Shown one piece after another: positions 42,480 to 51,225 of a stretch of DNA of 64,000 nt. A program made the position numbers and the translations under genes. Numbering within the stretch: the stretch's first letter is position 1; every line of letters starts with the position of its first letter. The DNA comes from an uncultured Fretibacterium sp. (GTDB lineage: Bacteria > Synergistota > Synergistia > Synergistales > Aminobacteriaceae). The DNA is taken from contig CALGGR010000325.1 in NCBI GenBank assembly GCA_937915755.1, forward strand, positions 6,591-70,590, read 5' to 3'. A model generated the notes under the pieces. The model was given only the letters and a program-made list of their open reading frames with translations. It searched no databases and had not been told where the DNA came from.

Positions 42480-42878
42480 ATGAAGAAATTATTGTGTGCG
42501 TTATTAGTGGTACTTGCGGTTGCGGGTGTCGTACTCGCTAAGGATTACAAGGCTCAGGACGCTGATGTCGCAGGGCCGAGAGCAAAGTTGAAAGAAGCCG
42601 CGCCGGAAATGATGGGTGCGTTCGGAAATCTTGGGGCAGTCGTACTGAAGGACGGTGCAATTTCCCTCAAGGAGAAGGAACTGATTGCTGTAGCGTTGAG
42701 CATTCAGAACAGGTGCGAAACTTGCATAATGTCCCATGTCAAGAACGCGATAAAAGCCGGAGTTACTCGTGAGGAACTCGTCGACATGCTTGGTGTCTGC
42801 GTACTCATGGGAGGCGGGCCTAATTCCGCGTACGCCGCTACGGTTCTTGAAGTCTACGACCAGTTCACGGCAAAATAA
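42480..42878 (+). CDS. Exported AhpD/carboxymuconolactone-decarboxylase-fold CxxC protein
   Basis: It has an N-terminal signal peptide (MKKLLCALLVVLAVAGVVLA) and the AhpD-type motif NRCETCIMSHV. It is the last gene of the ABC operon. Confidence 0.6.
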   Translation: MKKLLCALLVVLAVAGVVLAKDYKAQDADVAGPRAKLKEAAPEMMGAFGNLGAVVLKDGAISLKEKELIAVALSIQNRCETCIMSHVKNAIKAGVTREELVDMLGVCVLMGGGPNSAYAATVLEVYDQFTAK

Positions 42879-42895
42879 GAACAATCTGAAAGTTT

Positions 42896-42935
42896 CAGGG
42901 CAGGGGGAGAAAGTTCTTTCTGTCCTGTTTCTGTT
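42896..42935 (+). terminator. Terminator-like hairpin
   Basis: CAGGGCAG (42896-42903) pairs with CTGTCCTG (42920-42927) with one mismatch, followed by TTTCTGTT. Confidence 0.4.
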
Positions 42936-42950
42936 ACAGGAGCAATGAAA

Positions 42951-44096
42951 ATGCTATCACTACCCAAGAATTTTGAGAGCTTCAACGATGCCCGCAAAAA
43001 ATCATTCATGGCACTCTATGAGGCTAAACAGGCCGGGAAGAAAGTTGTCGGCACATTCTGCTCATATACTCCGGTCGAACTTATCAACGCCGCCGGAGCA
43101 ATCTCGGTCGGACTTTGCGGGAAATCCGAGCAGGGAATAGCCGAAGCTGAGACGCGGCTTCCGAAAACTCTCTGCCCTTTAATCAAAGCAAGCTACGGAA
43201 TGGCGATGACTGACCAATGCCCATACTTCTATTTCTCTGACGGAATTTTAGCCGAGACGACCTGCGACGGTAAGAAGAAGATGTATGAGCTTATGAGCCT
43301 CTTGAAGCCCGTACATGTAATGAACTTGCCGCAGGGAAGAGATCAGGCAATGGCCATCGAATCGTGGACTGAGGAAGTTAAACGCGCCGCGAAGTTCCTT
43401 GAGGGACTGTTCAATGTAACGATAACTGAGGACAAACTTCATGACGCTATCGTTTACCGCAACAAAGTACGCAAAGCCATCGTTGATTTGTACGAGGTGG
43501 CAAAGATGAAACCGTCTCCAGTCTCAGGCTACGAGATAAGCACGGTTGCTGAGAGCGCGGATTTCCACTTCACCGACGATGACCTTGTGGCTAAAATCGA
43601 GAGGACTACGCGCGAGTTCAAGGAACGTATACGCAATGACGGAGAAGGAAGGCCGAGAGTCCTCATAACAGGCTGCCCGAATGCAGGAGTGCGCGACAAA
43701 ATCATCAAGCGTCTTGAGGAACTTGGAGCTGATTATGTCTGTGCTGACAACTGCGCCGGGCCGAGAACACAGAAGTTTATGGTCGACGAAAATTCAGACC
43801 CTTACAGGGCAATCGCTGAACGTTATCTCAAAATCAACTGTTCCGTTATGACCCCGAATACTGCGCGCTTTGATGACATCAAGGCACTTATTGACGAGTA
43901 TCAGGCTGACGGTGTAATAGAGATAGTTCTTCACGGCTGCCACACATTCGCGGTTGAAGCATACACGACGATGAACATTGTGCAGAACGATCTCGGTATG
44001 CCTTACATGAGGCTTGATACGGATTTTTCGCAGTCTGACAAAGGACAGATAGAAACAAGGCTCGGAGCATTCATTGAAATGATGACTGCGGCCTGA
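42951..44096 (+). CDS. Double-cubane-cluster / 2-hydroxyacyl-CoA dehydratase-family reductase subunit, paralogue 1
   Basis: The motif run is KKVVGTFCSYTPVE...LPKTLCPLIKASYG...QCPYFYFSDGILAETTCDGKKKM. I preferred the ATG at 42951 (GGAG 8 nt upstream) over 42945. Confidence 0.65.
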   Translation: MLSLPKNFESFNDARKKSFMALYEAKQAGKKVVGTFCSYTPVELINAAGAISVGLCGKSEQGIAEAETRLPKTLCPLIKASYGMAMTDQCPYFYFSDGILAETTCDGKKKMYELMSLLKPVHVMNLPQGRDQAMAIESWTEEVKRAAKFLEGLFNVTITEDKLHDAIVYRNKVRKAIVDLYEVAKMKPSPVSGYEISTVAESADFHFTDDDLVAKIERTTREFKERIRNDGEGRPRVLITGCPNAGVRDKIIKRLEELGADYVCADNCAGPRTQKFMVDENSDPYRAIAERYLKINCSVMTPNTARFDDIKALIDEYQADGVIEIVLHGCHTFAVEAYTTMNIVQNDLGMPYMRLDTDFSQSDKGQIETRLGAFIEMMTAA

Positions 44097-44121
44097 GAAT
44101 AATTTACAGGAGGTTTTAAGA

Positions 44122-44703
44122 ATGGTAAAAGTTGATGCAATGGGCAAACTTTGCCCCGAACCAGTCATAATGACAAAGGCAGAAGTCGAGAAGGGCGCGG
44201 ACGAAATCGAGGTACTCGTCGACAACGATATAGCAGTCTCGAATGTAACACGTCTCCTTGAAGGTAAGGGCTTCAGCGTTGAGCTTTCAAGGTCAGGAAA
44301 CGAACGCAAACTCACGGCCAAGAAGACAGCTTCAGGTTCAGCACCTGCTGCGTCGTCAAAGCGTGATGAACTTCTCGCAATCCTCGTTGCCCATGATGTT
44401 CTCGGCGGTAACGACAAGGAACTCGGCGAAGTCCTCATGAAAGCGTTTCTAGGCTGCATCTCGAAACTTTCACGCCGCCCCGCTGTTATGGCGTTCATGA
44501 ATGAGGGCGTGAAGCTGGTACTGCCTGAGTCGTCAGCCTGCGATTACATCAAGGAGCTTGAGAAGGCCGGAACAAAGATTCTCGTCTGCGGAACATGCAC
44601 AACGCATTTCAACATCACTGACAAAATCGCGGTCGGTACGATTTCCAACATGTTCGAGATTATGGAGATGATTACCGGCGCGGACAATACGCTGATATTC
44701 TAA
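44122..44703 (+). CDS. yedF: YedF-type selenium-metabolism protein (TusA/SirA N-domain fused to a DsrE-like C-domain)
   Basis: The N-terminus is VDAMGKLCPEPVIMTKAEV (CPxP). The C-terminal half has DKELGEVLMKAF...VCGTC. It is about 193 aa, matching the two-domain YedF architecture. Confidence 0.65.
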   Translation: MVKVDAMGKLCPEPVIMTKAEVEKGADEIEVLVDNDIAVSNVTRLLEGKGFSVELSRSGNERKLTAKKTASGSAPAASSKRDELLAILVAHDVLGGNDKELGEVLMKAFLGCISKLSRRPAVMAFMNEGVKLVLPESSACDYIKELEKAGTKILVCGTCTTHFNITDKIAVGTISNMFEIMEMITGADNTLIF

Positions 44704-45459
44704 ATGCTTTACGCGGGTATAGACATCGGTTCAACGGCGGCTAAAGCTGTATTGATGAATGAAAACAGAGACGAGATTCTCGGGCGTAAACTGATGCCCT
44801 CAGGCTGGAACAGCAGGGAGACGGCTCAGGAAATGCTTGAATGGCTCTTGTCTCTGGGACATTCACGCGATGACATCAAAATTATTGCGACTGGTTACGG
44901 GCGTATATCGGTGCCTTACGCTGACAGCACATTAACTGAGATTACATGTCATGGAAAGGGCGCGGCATTTCTTGGCGGTGAAAATCTCACGGTCATAGAC
45001 ATTGGAGGTCAGGACACGAAGGTAATAATTCTGAGGAACGGGCGGGTTATTGACTTCGTTATGAATGATAAATGCTCGGCTGGAACTGGGAAATTCCTTG
45101 AGGTCATGGCCAACCGAATGGGATTGACGCTTCCTGAATTTTTCGGGCTTGCTGAAAACGGAAAGGACATCAAAATTTCGTCGATGTGTACGGTCTTTGC
45201 TGAGAGCGAAATTGTCAGCCTCATGGGACTTGGAACTCCGCGCGAGGATATAGCCTGCGGAGCTGTCGGTTCAGTTGTGTCGAAGGTTGCGACTTTAGTC
45301 AGCCGTAAAAATCCATCGGGCGGTTACTTTTTGACGGGCGGATTTTGTGAAAGCACCCTTTTGATTCGTAAGCTGTCGGAAACTTTAGGCTCTGAAGTCA
45401 GGACGAGTCCTGATGCGCGTTTTGCAGGAGCGATAGGGGCGGCGTTGCTGGGCAAATGA
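44704..45459 (+). CDS. Acyl-CoA dehydratase/benzoyl-CoA reductase-type ATP-dependent activase (BcrAD/BadFG/HgdC family)
   Basis: It has the ASKHA-fold motifs GIDIGSTAAKAVL and IDIGGQDTK. The bridging-cluster Cys context is NDKCSAGTGKFLE ... MCTVFAESE. Confidence 0.8.
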   Translation: MLYAGIDIGSTAAKAVLMNENRDEILGRKLMPSGWNSRETAQEMLEWLLSLGHSRDDIKIIATGYGRISVPYADSTLTEITCHGKGAAFLGGENLTVIDIGGQDTKVIILRNGRVIDFVMNDKCSAGTGKFLEVMANRMGLTLPEFFGLAENGKDIKISSMCTVFAESEIVSLMGLGTPREDIACGAVGSVVSKVATLVSRKNPSGGYFLTGGFCESTLLIRKLSETLGSEVRTSPDARFAGAIGAALLGK

Positions 45460-46088
45460 TTCTTTATGAGCTAGAGAATCTCCGGCGAATGGCATATGTC
45501 AGGGCTGTTATGAGTGATTACGTCGTGGGCTACATCGGAATGAAGATACCCATCGAGATATTTCATGCGCTTGGGCTTATGGCTGTTCCTGTTTACGGTA
45601 TCGACAGGGAAATCCTGAAGTTTTCACGCGAGGAGAAGCTATGCCCTTTGGTTGATGCAACGATAACCTATGCGAAGACGGATAAATGCCCGCTCATTCA
45701 CAGCGCAAAGATGATTGTGATTGATGATACATGCGATTTGATGAGGGGAAAAATGTCCGGGCTTCAGGGGAAATGCATTCACTTTTACGACAACGACCGT
45801 GAAAATTTGATTGCGGTTATCGAAGAAGTTTACGGCAGAAAGTTTCAGGCTGAAAATCTGAGTTCTGTTCAGAAAGAGCTTGAACGTATACACAGCCGCG
45901 TAAAGTCATTGACGAATGACGAGGTTCAGAGCTTCATTCTTGAATATTACGTCAACTTTCTGGACTTGCCTGAACGCATGAATTTCCTTGACACTTTGCA
46001 GGGTAAAGAAATTCGTTTGTCTCATGAGTTCGTCGAGACTATTTATCGTTGTCCCGAATGCGGGGGCAAATTTTTGAGGGAGGGATAG
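45456..46088 (+). CDS. Truncated dehydratase/double-cubane-family paralogue with a C-terminal CPECGG knuckle
   Basis: The 210-aa protein keeps VVGYIGMKIPIEIFHALG...LCPLVDATITYAKTDKCPLI...IDDTCD. It lacks the C-terminal half of the family. Confidence 0.5.
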   Translation: MILYELENLRRMAYVRAVMSDYVVGYIGMKIPIEIFHALGLMAVPVYGIDREILKFSREEKLCPLVDATITYAKTDKCPLIHSAKMIVIDDTCDLMRGKMSGLQGKCIHFYDNDRENLIAVIEEVYGRKFQAENLSSVQKELERIHSRVKSLTNDEVQSFILEYYVNFLDLPERMNFLDTLQGKEIRLSHEFVETIYRCPECGGKFLREG

Positions 46089-46092
46089 ATTT

Positions 46093-47370
46093 ATGGCAGA
46101 TTATCACGAAATGTGGGAAGCTCTTGGAATGGACGTTAAAACACACGACCTTCTATGTGAGGCACTTCCCGGAGCGTTCGGAGATGTTTACTTGTCGCAG
46201 GAGAACAGGCCGGAAGGTATGGACTACTTCAACATGGTGGTCGCTGAAATTCACGGCATAAGGCCCGCTGAACTCGTCGAGCATAAGAAGAAAGGCGGAA
46301 AGGTCGTCGGGACATTCTGCATTCATGTACCCGATGAAATTCCGATTTCGGCAGGAGCTATTGCTACGGGGTTATGCTCAGGGTCTCAGTTCTGGGTTCC
46401 GGGAGGCGAAAAGAAGTTACCCGCCGCAACTTGTCCGCTGATTAAGGCGAGTTTGGGCGCGAGGTTTGACAGGACATGCCCGTTCTTCAGGCTCGCGGAT
46501 TTGTTCGTCGGTGAGACCACGTGCGACGGTAAGAAAAAGGCTTGGGAAATTCTCGCTGAGGACGCGCCAATGTACATCATGGACATTCCGCAGATGAAAA
46601 GGCCGAAAGACTATGAGCATTGGAACGAGGAAATTCACGGCTATCTGAAGAAGTGTGAGGAGCTTACAGGCAACGAGGTAACTCCCGCAAGCCTAAGAAG
46701 CGCGATTATTCTCCTCAACAAGAAGCGCAAGGCTCTCCATAGGCTCGCAAGTTTCCGAAAACTCGACAACATTCCCATAAGCGGGAAAGATGTTCTTCTC
46801 ATCACGCAGATAGCATTCTACGATGACCCCGCAAGAATCACAGCGCAAATCAACAAGCTCTGCGATGAACTTGACGAACGCGCAAAGAATAATGTCTCAG
46901 TCTTCCCGAAAGGAACAAAGAGGATTTTGCTGACTGGTACACCGCTTTCAATCCCGAACTGGAAACTTCACCACATCATTGAAACTCTCGGCGGTGCTGT
47001 GGTATGCGAGGAGATGTGCACGGGAATACGTTATTACGAGAAGTGCGTCGACGAATCAGGCTCGACGATTGACGAGATGATTACGCATTTGACTGAGCGT
47101 TACATGGGAGCGATTCACTGTGCTTGCTTCACGCCGAACTCAGAGCGGATCGACGACATCAAACGTCTGGCTAAAGAGTACAAGGCTGACGGAGTTATTG
47201 ACGTGAACCTGAAGTTCTGCAACATCTATGACACTGAGGGCTACTTCGTCGAACGTGAGCTGAATAACGCGGGTATTCCCGTTCTCGGAATAGAGACCGA
47301 CTACACGGATCAGGACGCTGAACAGCTCAAGACCCGAATCGGCGCGTTCTTGGAGATGCTGGGGAATTGA
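46093..47370 (+). CDS. Double-cubane-cluster / 2-hydroxyacyl-CoA dehydratase-family reductase subunit, paralogue 2
   Basis: The motif run is GKVVGTFCIHVPDE...LPAATCPLIKASLG...TCPFFRLADLFVGETTCDGKKKA...CEEMCTG...HCACF. Confidence 0.65.
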   Translation: MADYHEMWEALGMDVKTHDLLCEALPGAFGDVYLSQENRPEGMDYFNMVVAEIHGIRPAELVEHKKKGGKVVGTFCIHVPDEIPISAGAIATGLCSGSQFWVPGGEKKLPAATCPLIKASLGARFDRTCPFFRLADLFVGETTCDGKKKAWEILAEDAPMYIMDIPQMKRPKDYEHWNEEIHGYLKKCEELTGNEVTPASLRSAIILLNKKRKALHRLASFRKLDNIPISGKDVLLITQIAFYDDPARITAQINKLCDELDERAKNNVSVFPKGTKRILLTGTPLSIPNWKLHHIIETLGGAVVCEEMCTGIRYYEKCVDESGSTIDEMITHLTERYMGAIHCACFTPNSERIDDIKRLAKEYKADGVIDVNLKFCNIYDTEGYFVERELNNAGIPVLGIETDYTDQDAEQLKTRIGAFLEMLGN

Positions 47371-47624
47371 GCGCGAGGCATTACGTTTTATTTCCCGACG
47401 TAACGAACGCACAGAGGCTCTATGACATTCTCAAGGCTGGGGGCATAAAATGCACATTCGCTCCCACGCCTAGAGAGGCCGACAAATGTTGCGGGGTCTG
47501 TGTTCTCTTTCAAGATGGCAACGACAGAGAGGCAATCGAAAAATTCATCTCTGAGAACGGAATAAATATCTTGAGATTTTACGACGGAGAATCAGGCGAC
47601 CCCCAAAGAATGAAATTTTGCTGA
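47367..47624 (+). CDS. DUF3343 (putative Se/S carrier-like) protein, second copy
   Basis: The 85-aa protein reads HYVLFPDVTNAQRLYDILKAGGIKCTFAPTPREADKCCGVCVLF. Its TTG start overlaps the upstream stop (TTGA). Confidence 0.55.
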   Translation: MSARHYVLFPDVTNAQRLYDILKAGGIKCTFAPTPREADKCCGVCVLFQDGNDREAIEKFISENGINILRFYDGESGDPQRMKFC

Positions 47625-47643
47625 ATTGAGGTGGAATTGAAGT

Positions 47644-48549
47644 ATGGATTTTCTGAAACGTTATCCTATTCCGATAGCTGGATTGATTCTCGGGCTTTTC
47701 GCGCTTGGGAACTTGATACAGAGTTACAGTGCTGATGCGAGGATTGCACTCGGAGTAACCGCATTGGTCTTATACGTTCCTTATCTGCTGAAAGTTGCTG
47801 TACTGAACGTTAAACTGCGTGAGCCGCTTGACAATCCTGTAGCTGCGAGCGTCTTCCCGACGTTCACGATGGCCACGATGCTTCTCGCGGGCTACGTGAA
47901 ACCTTACAGCGCTGGGTGTGCAAGCATAATATGGTACGCGGGATTAGCCGGCCATGTACTGCTGATAATATGGTTCACGATGAAGTTTCTGCTTCGTAAC
48001 TTTGCAATCAAAAAGGTATTCCCGTCATGGTTCATTGTCTACGTCGGGATTGCTGTAGCGAGTGTTTCTGCGCCTGTTACGGGACAGTTAGCGATAGGGC
48101 GGTATGCGTTCTGGTTCGCGTTCGTAACTTACATCTGCCTTCTCGTCATAGTCTGCAAGAGAGTGTTCCTCGTCGGCGAAATTCCTGCTCCGGCCATGCC
48201 TACAACGGTAATATTTGCGGCTCCTGCTTCACTTCTGCTCGCGGGGTACATGGTTTCGTTCCCGGAAAAGGAAGCATGGATTGTGTACTTGCTGTTCGCA
48301 ATGTCGATGTTCTTCTGGGTCGTGGGAATGATGTATTTCGCAAAGACTTTCAGGGGCGCGTTCATGCCTAGTCATTCAGCTTTCACGTTCCCGTTGGTGA
48401 TAAGCGGAATTGCAACTAAGATGTCAGCGCAGTTCACGGGATTTTCGTGGCAGGGTGCATTTGCTGACATTCAGACGTTGATTGCGGCAGTAATCGTTTT
48501 GTGGGTACTTGCGCGCTACGTGATGTTTCTGTTCAACGGCGCGAAGTAA
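47644..48549 (+). CDS. TDT/TehA/SLAC1-family (tellurite-resistance/dicarboxylate-type) anion channel or transporter
   Basis: The 301-aa protein has about 10 TM helices. The N-terminus PIPIAGLILGLFALGNL is typical of the family. Confidence 0.6.
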   Translation: MDFLKRYPIPIAGLILGLFALGNLIQSYSADARIALGVTALVLYVPYLLKVAVLNVKLREPLDNPVAASVFPTFTMATMLLAGYVKPYSAGCASIIWYAGLAGHVLLIIWFTMKFLLRNFAIKKVFPSWFIVYVGIAVASVSAPVTGQLAIGRYAFWFAFVTYICLLVIVCKRVFLVGEIPAPAMPTTVIFAAPASLLLAGYMVSFPEKEAWIVYLLFAMSMFFWVVGMMYFAKTFRGAFMPSHSAFTFPLVISGIATKMSAQFTGFSWQGAFADIQTLIAAVIVLWVLARYVMFLFNGAK

Positions 48550-48576
48550 GGTAAAAATTCAAGGGGGTAAATTTCA

Positions 48577-49047
48577 ATGACACGTGAAGAATATGTGAAG
48601 TCAATCCGTGATACCGCAGAAGAATATTTCAGGAGCGGTACATACTTCTGTTCTGAGGCGGTACTTCAGACGATCAACGATGCGCTTGGCCAGCCTTTCA
48701 GCGAGGAAATCGTGAAGATGGCATCAAGTTTCCCGATTGGAATGGGGAAGGCTCAGTGCTTATGCGGTGCGGTTTCGGGCGGAGAGATGGCACTCGGTAT
48801 CGTCTATGGGCGAGTGAAGGGTCAGCCTATGGATCCTAAGATGTTTGTGGTTGCGAAGGGCCTTCATGATTTCGTGAAAGAGAAATACGGGGCAACATGC
48901 TGCCGTGTTATGACGCGACAGTGGGCAGGGGATAATTTCATGTCGCCTGAGCGCAAGGCACATTGCATCGAGATTACGGGTGTAGTTGCGGAGTGGGTAG
49001 CGAACACACTCATTGACGACGGGAAGCTGGTAGTACCTGCCGCGTAA
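48577..49047 (+). CDS. C_GCAxxG_C_C-family putative redox protein
   Basis: The family motif is C-x-CGAVSGG (KAQCLCGAVSGG), with downstream Cys pairs (ATCCRVM, AHCIEI). GGGGG lies upstream of the ATG. Confidence 0.65.
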   Translation: MTREEYVKSIRDTAEEYFRSGTYFCSEAVLQTINDALGQPFSEEIVKMASSFPIGMGKAQCLCGAVSGGEMALGIVYGRVKGQPMDPKMFVVAKGLHDFVKEKYGATCCRVMTRQWAGDNFMSPERKAHCIEITGVVAEWVANTLIDDGKLVVPAA

Positions 49048-49090
49048 AGATTTTACCAACATATCAAAAGTCCTCTCCAAACTGAGAAAA

Positions 49091-49130
49091 AATTTCCCCC
49101 GGCCATGTTCTGACTGGGGGACTTTTTGTT
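49091..49130. terminator. Bidirectional Rho-independent terminator
   Basis: The stem TCCCCC / GGGGGA has a 15-nt loop. It is flanked by AAAAAATT on one side and CTTTTTG on the other, between convergent genes. Confidence 0.6.
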
Positions 49131-49980
49131 ACTTTATCATTTCTTCAAGGAAAGGCGGCAAAACGAAGCTAGCCCTATGAATCTCAGACGTGTAATATCT
49201 TGTAGGCTTAACCATCCTCAAAGGCTCAAACGAACTCTCACGCATTGAAGCGAGGCCGTAAGTCCACATTCCCGAAGGATACGTCGGCACAACTCCCCAG
49301 TACATTCGCACGCACGGAAATACCTTCCTCATCTCACGTATCGCCTGAGTCATTATGTCGGTGTCAGTGAACGGCGATTCCGTGAGTTCCGAGAGCATGG
49401 CCGAGTCCGTCATTACCCTCTTAACGTCCTCGTAGAATCCCGACTGGAACAACCCCGCAGCAAAGTCAACAGGGTCTGTGCTGTCAATAATAACTACATC
49501 GTAGCGTTCGTCCGTCTCACGGATATACTTCATCGCGTCCATACATTTAACGTCCGCCCTCGCGTCATCAAATGAACAGCCAGCGAACGGCAGATACTTC
49601 TTCGACGATTCTATGACTCTCTCGTCAATGTCGATGAGGGTGCATTTCTTCACGCATCCATGCTTCAGGACCTCGCGCATTATTGCCCCGTCTCCTCCGC
49701 CTATAATCATAACGTTCTTGGGGTCAGGGTGAGCGCAGATAGGAACGTGAGCCATCATCTCAGAGTATGTGAACTCGTCCCGTTCAGTGAGCTGGTATGC
49801 GCCGTCAAGCATCAGGGTTCGGCCGTATTCGTATGTGTCAGCAATGAGAAGCTCTTGATACGGAGTCTTCTCGGAATGAAGAACGCTCTTGACGCGCATT
49901 GAGAGCTTGAGATTGTCGGTGCTGTATTCGGTCAGCCAAAGCTCATTGTTCCTCTTTGGCCTCATAACATACTCGCTCAT
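49129..49980 (-). CDS. speE: Spermidine synthase (polyamine aminopropyltransferase)
   Basis: The motif run is LMLDGAYQLTERDEFTYSEMMAHVP ... IIGGGDGAIMREVLKH ... VIIDSTDP. Confidence 0.85.
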   Translation of the reverse strand: MSEYVMRPKRNNELWLTEYSTDNLKLSMRVKSVLHSEKTPYQELLIADTYEYGRTLMLDGAYQLTERDEFTYSEMMAHVPICAHPDPKNVMIIGGGDGAIMREVLKHGCVKKCTLIDIDERVIESSKKYLPFAGCSFDDARADVKCMDAMKYIRETDERYDVVIIDSTDPVDFAAGLFQSGFYEDVKRVMTDSAMLSELTESPFTDTDIMTQAIREMRKVFPCVRMYWGVVPTYPSGMWTYGLASMRESSFEPLRMVKPTRYYTSEIHRASFVLPPFLEEMIK

Positions 49981-51209
49981 GCCAAGATTGCTTCTCCTAA
50001 ATTCGCGCCAAGCTCGCAGAGTTTCTCCATATCCTCAGCGGTCGGTGATGTGTATACTTCGACTTCCGGCCCTGCAAGCTGTAACTTGCTCTTCTCCGCG
50101 TAATCTTTGAGTGCCGTCAATGCTCCCTTGCTCCATGAGTAGCTACCTGCAACTCCGAGAATCTTGTTCTTCGGCATACGGTTTAGGAGCTTCGAGCATA
50201 GTGCTTCCATTGGCGGGAAAAGCTGTGTGTTATACGTGCAGGCCATGAGCGCAAAGCCCTTGAACTTCCAGATGTCCCTCAGAATATATGAAGGGTCGGT
50301 GCGTGATACGTCGTAGATTCTGATGTCCTTTATGCCGGATTTTGCGAGTCCTGTTGAGACAGCTTCGGCCATTTTGCGGGTGTTACCGTACATTGAGCCG
50401 TAGACGACGACAGCCCCATTCTCGCCCTCGTACTTGCTCCACTTGTCATAGAGAGAGATGACTTTCTTGATGTCCTTGCGGAAGAGCGTGCCGTGAGACG
50501 GGAATATGCTGGTGATTGGGAGTGCGCCGAGCTTCTTCAGTGCGACCTGAACAATGTTTGAGTATTTCCCGACTATGCAGGCGTAATACCTCAGCATCTC
50601 ATCTTCCCAGCGTTCGGGGTTCTTCTCGTCGTCGAAAATTCCTCCCTCATGCGCCCCAAACCCTCCGAATGAGTCGTTCGAGAACAATACTCCCGTTGTA
50701 GTGTCGAACGTTACCATGCTTTCAGGCCAATGAAGCATAGGAACTGTGAAGAATCTCAGAACGTGCCCGCCCAAGTCAAGAGTGTCGCCGTCCTTAACGG
50801 TTATAACATCCTCAGTGATCCCGTGATAGCCCTTGAGCATCGGGAGAGTCTTTGCGTTGCCGATGAATTTCAGCGAAGGCCATATTGATTTTAGCTGTGA
50901 GATTAGTCCCGCGTGGTCAGGCTCCATATGGTTGACGACAAGATAGTTGAGCGTCCTGTGTCCGAGAGCCTCAGTGAGCTTGTTCACATAATCATCAAGG
51001 TACGGGCCTTTAACCGTGTCGATTGCGGCTGTTGCTGTTGTTCCGAGAACTGCGTACGCGTTATAGGCGACTCCCTGCGGCAACGGCCAGAGGGACTCGA
51101 ACATGTCCGTCTCATGGTCATTCACTCCGAGCCACCATGTATCTTTATTCACTTGTACTGGTTTGTACACACTAATTCCTCCTTCTTGTGAGTGATTATT
51201 GTCTGCCAT
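49977..51209 (-). CDS. Flavodiiron protein (FprA-type, metallo-beta-lactamase plus flavodoxin domains)
   Basis: It has the di-iron motif VVNHMEPDHAG and a C-terminal flavodoxin-like domain (VVYGSMYGNTRKMAE). Confidence 0.8.
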   Translation of the reverse strand: MADNNHSQEGGISVYKPVQVNKDTWWLGVNDHETDMFESLWPLPQGVAYNAYAVLGTTATAAIDTVKGPYLDDYVNKLTEALGHRTLNYLVVNHMEPDHAGLISQLKSIWPSLKFIGNAKTLPMLKGYHGITEDVITVKDGDTLDLGGHVLRFFTVPMLHWPESMVTFDTTTGVLFSNDSFGGFGAHEGGIFDDEKNPERWEDEMLRYYACIVGKYSNIVQVALKKLGALPITSIFPSHGTLFRKDIKKVISLYDKWSKYEGENGAVVVYGSMYGNTRKMAEAVSTGLAKSGIKDIRIYDVSRTDPSYILRDIWKFKGFALMACTYNTQLFPPMEALCSKLLNRMPKNKILGVAGSYSWSKGALTALKDYAEKSKLQLAGPEVEVYTSPTAEDMEKLCELGANLGEAILA

Positions 51210-51225
51210 TGTATCATGTCATGCC

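Noticed and set aside
43794-44498. Long antisense ORFs appear in the track. Examples are 43794..44498 (234 aa), 11911..12531, 11986..12528, 52325..52915, 31283..31765, 8659..9190 and 27..725.
   Set aside because: Each lies opposite a gene with strong family motifs. They have low-complexity, Ser/Arg/Pro-rich composition typical of shadow frames and lack an RBS.
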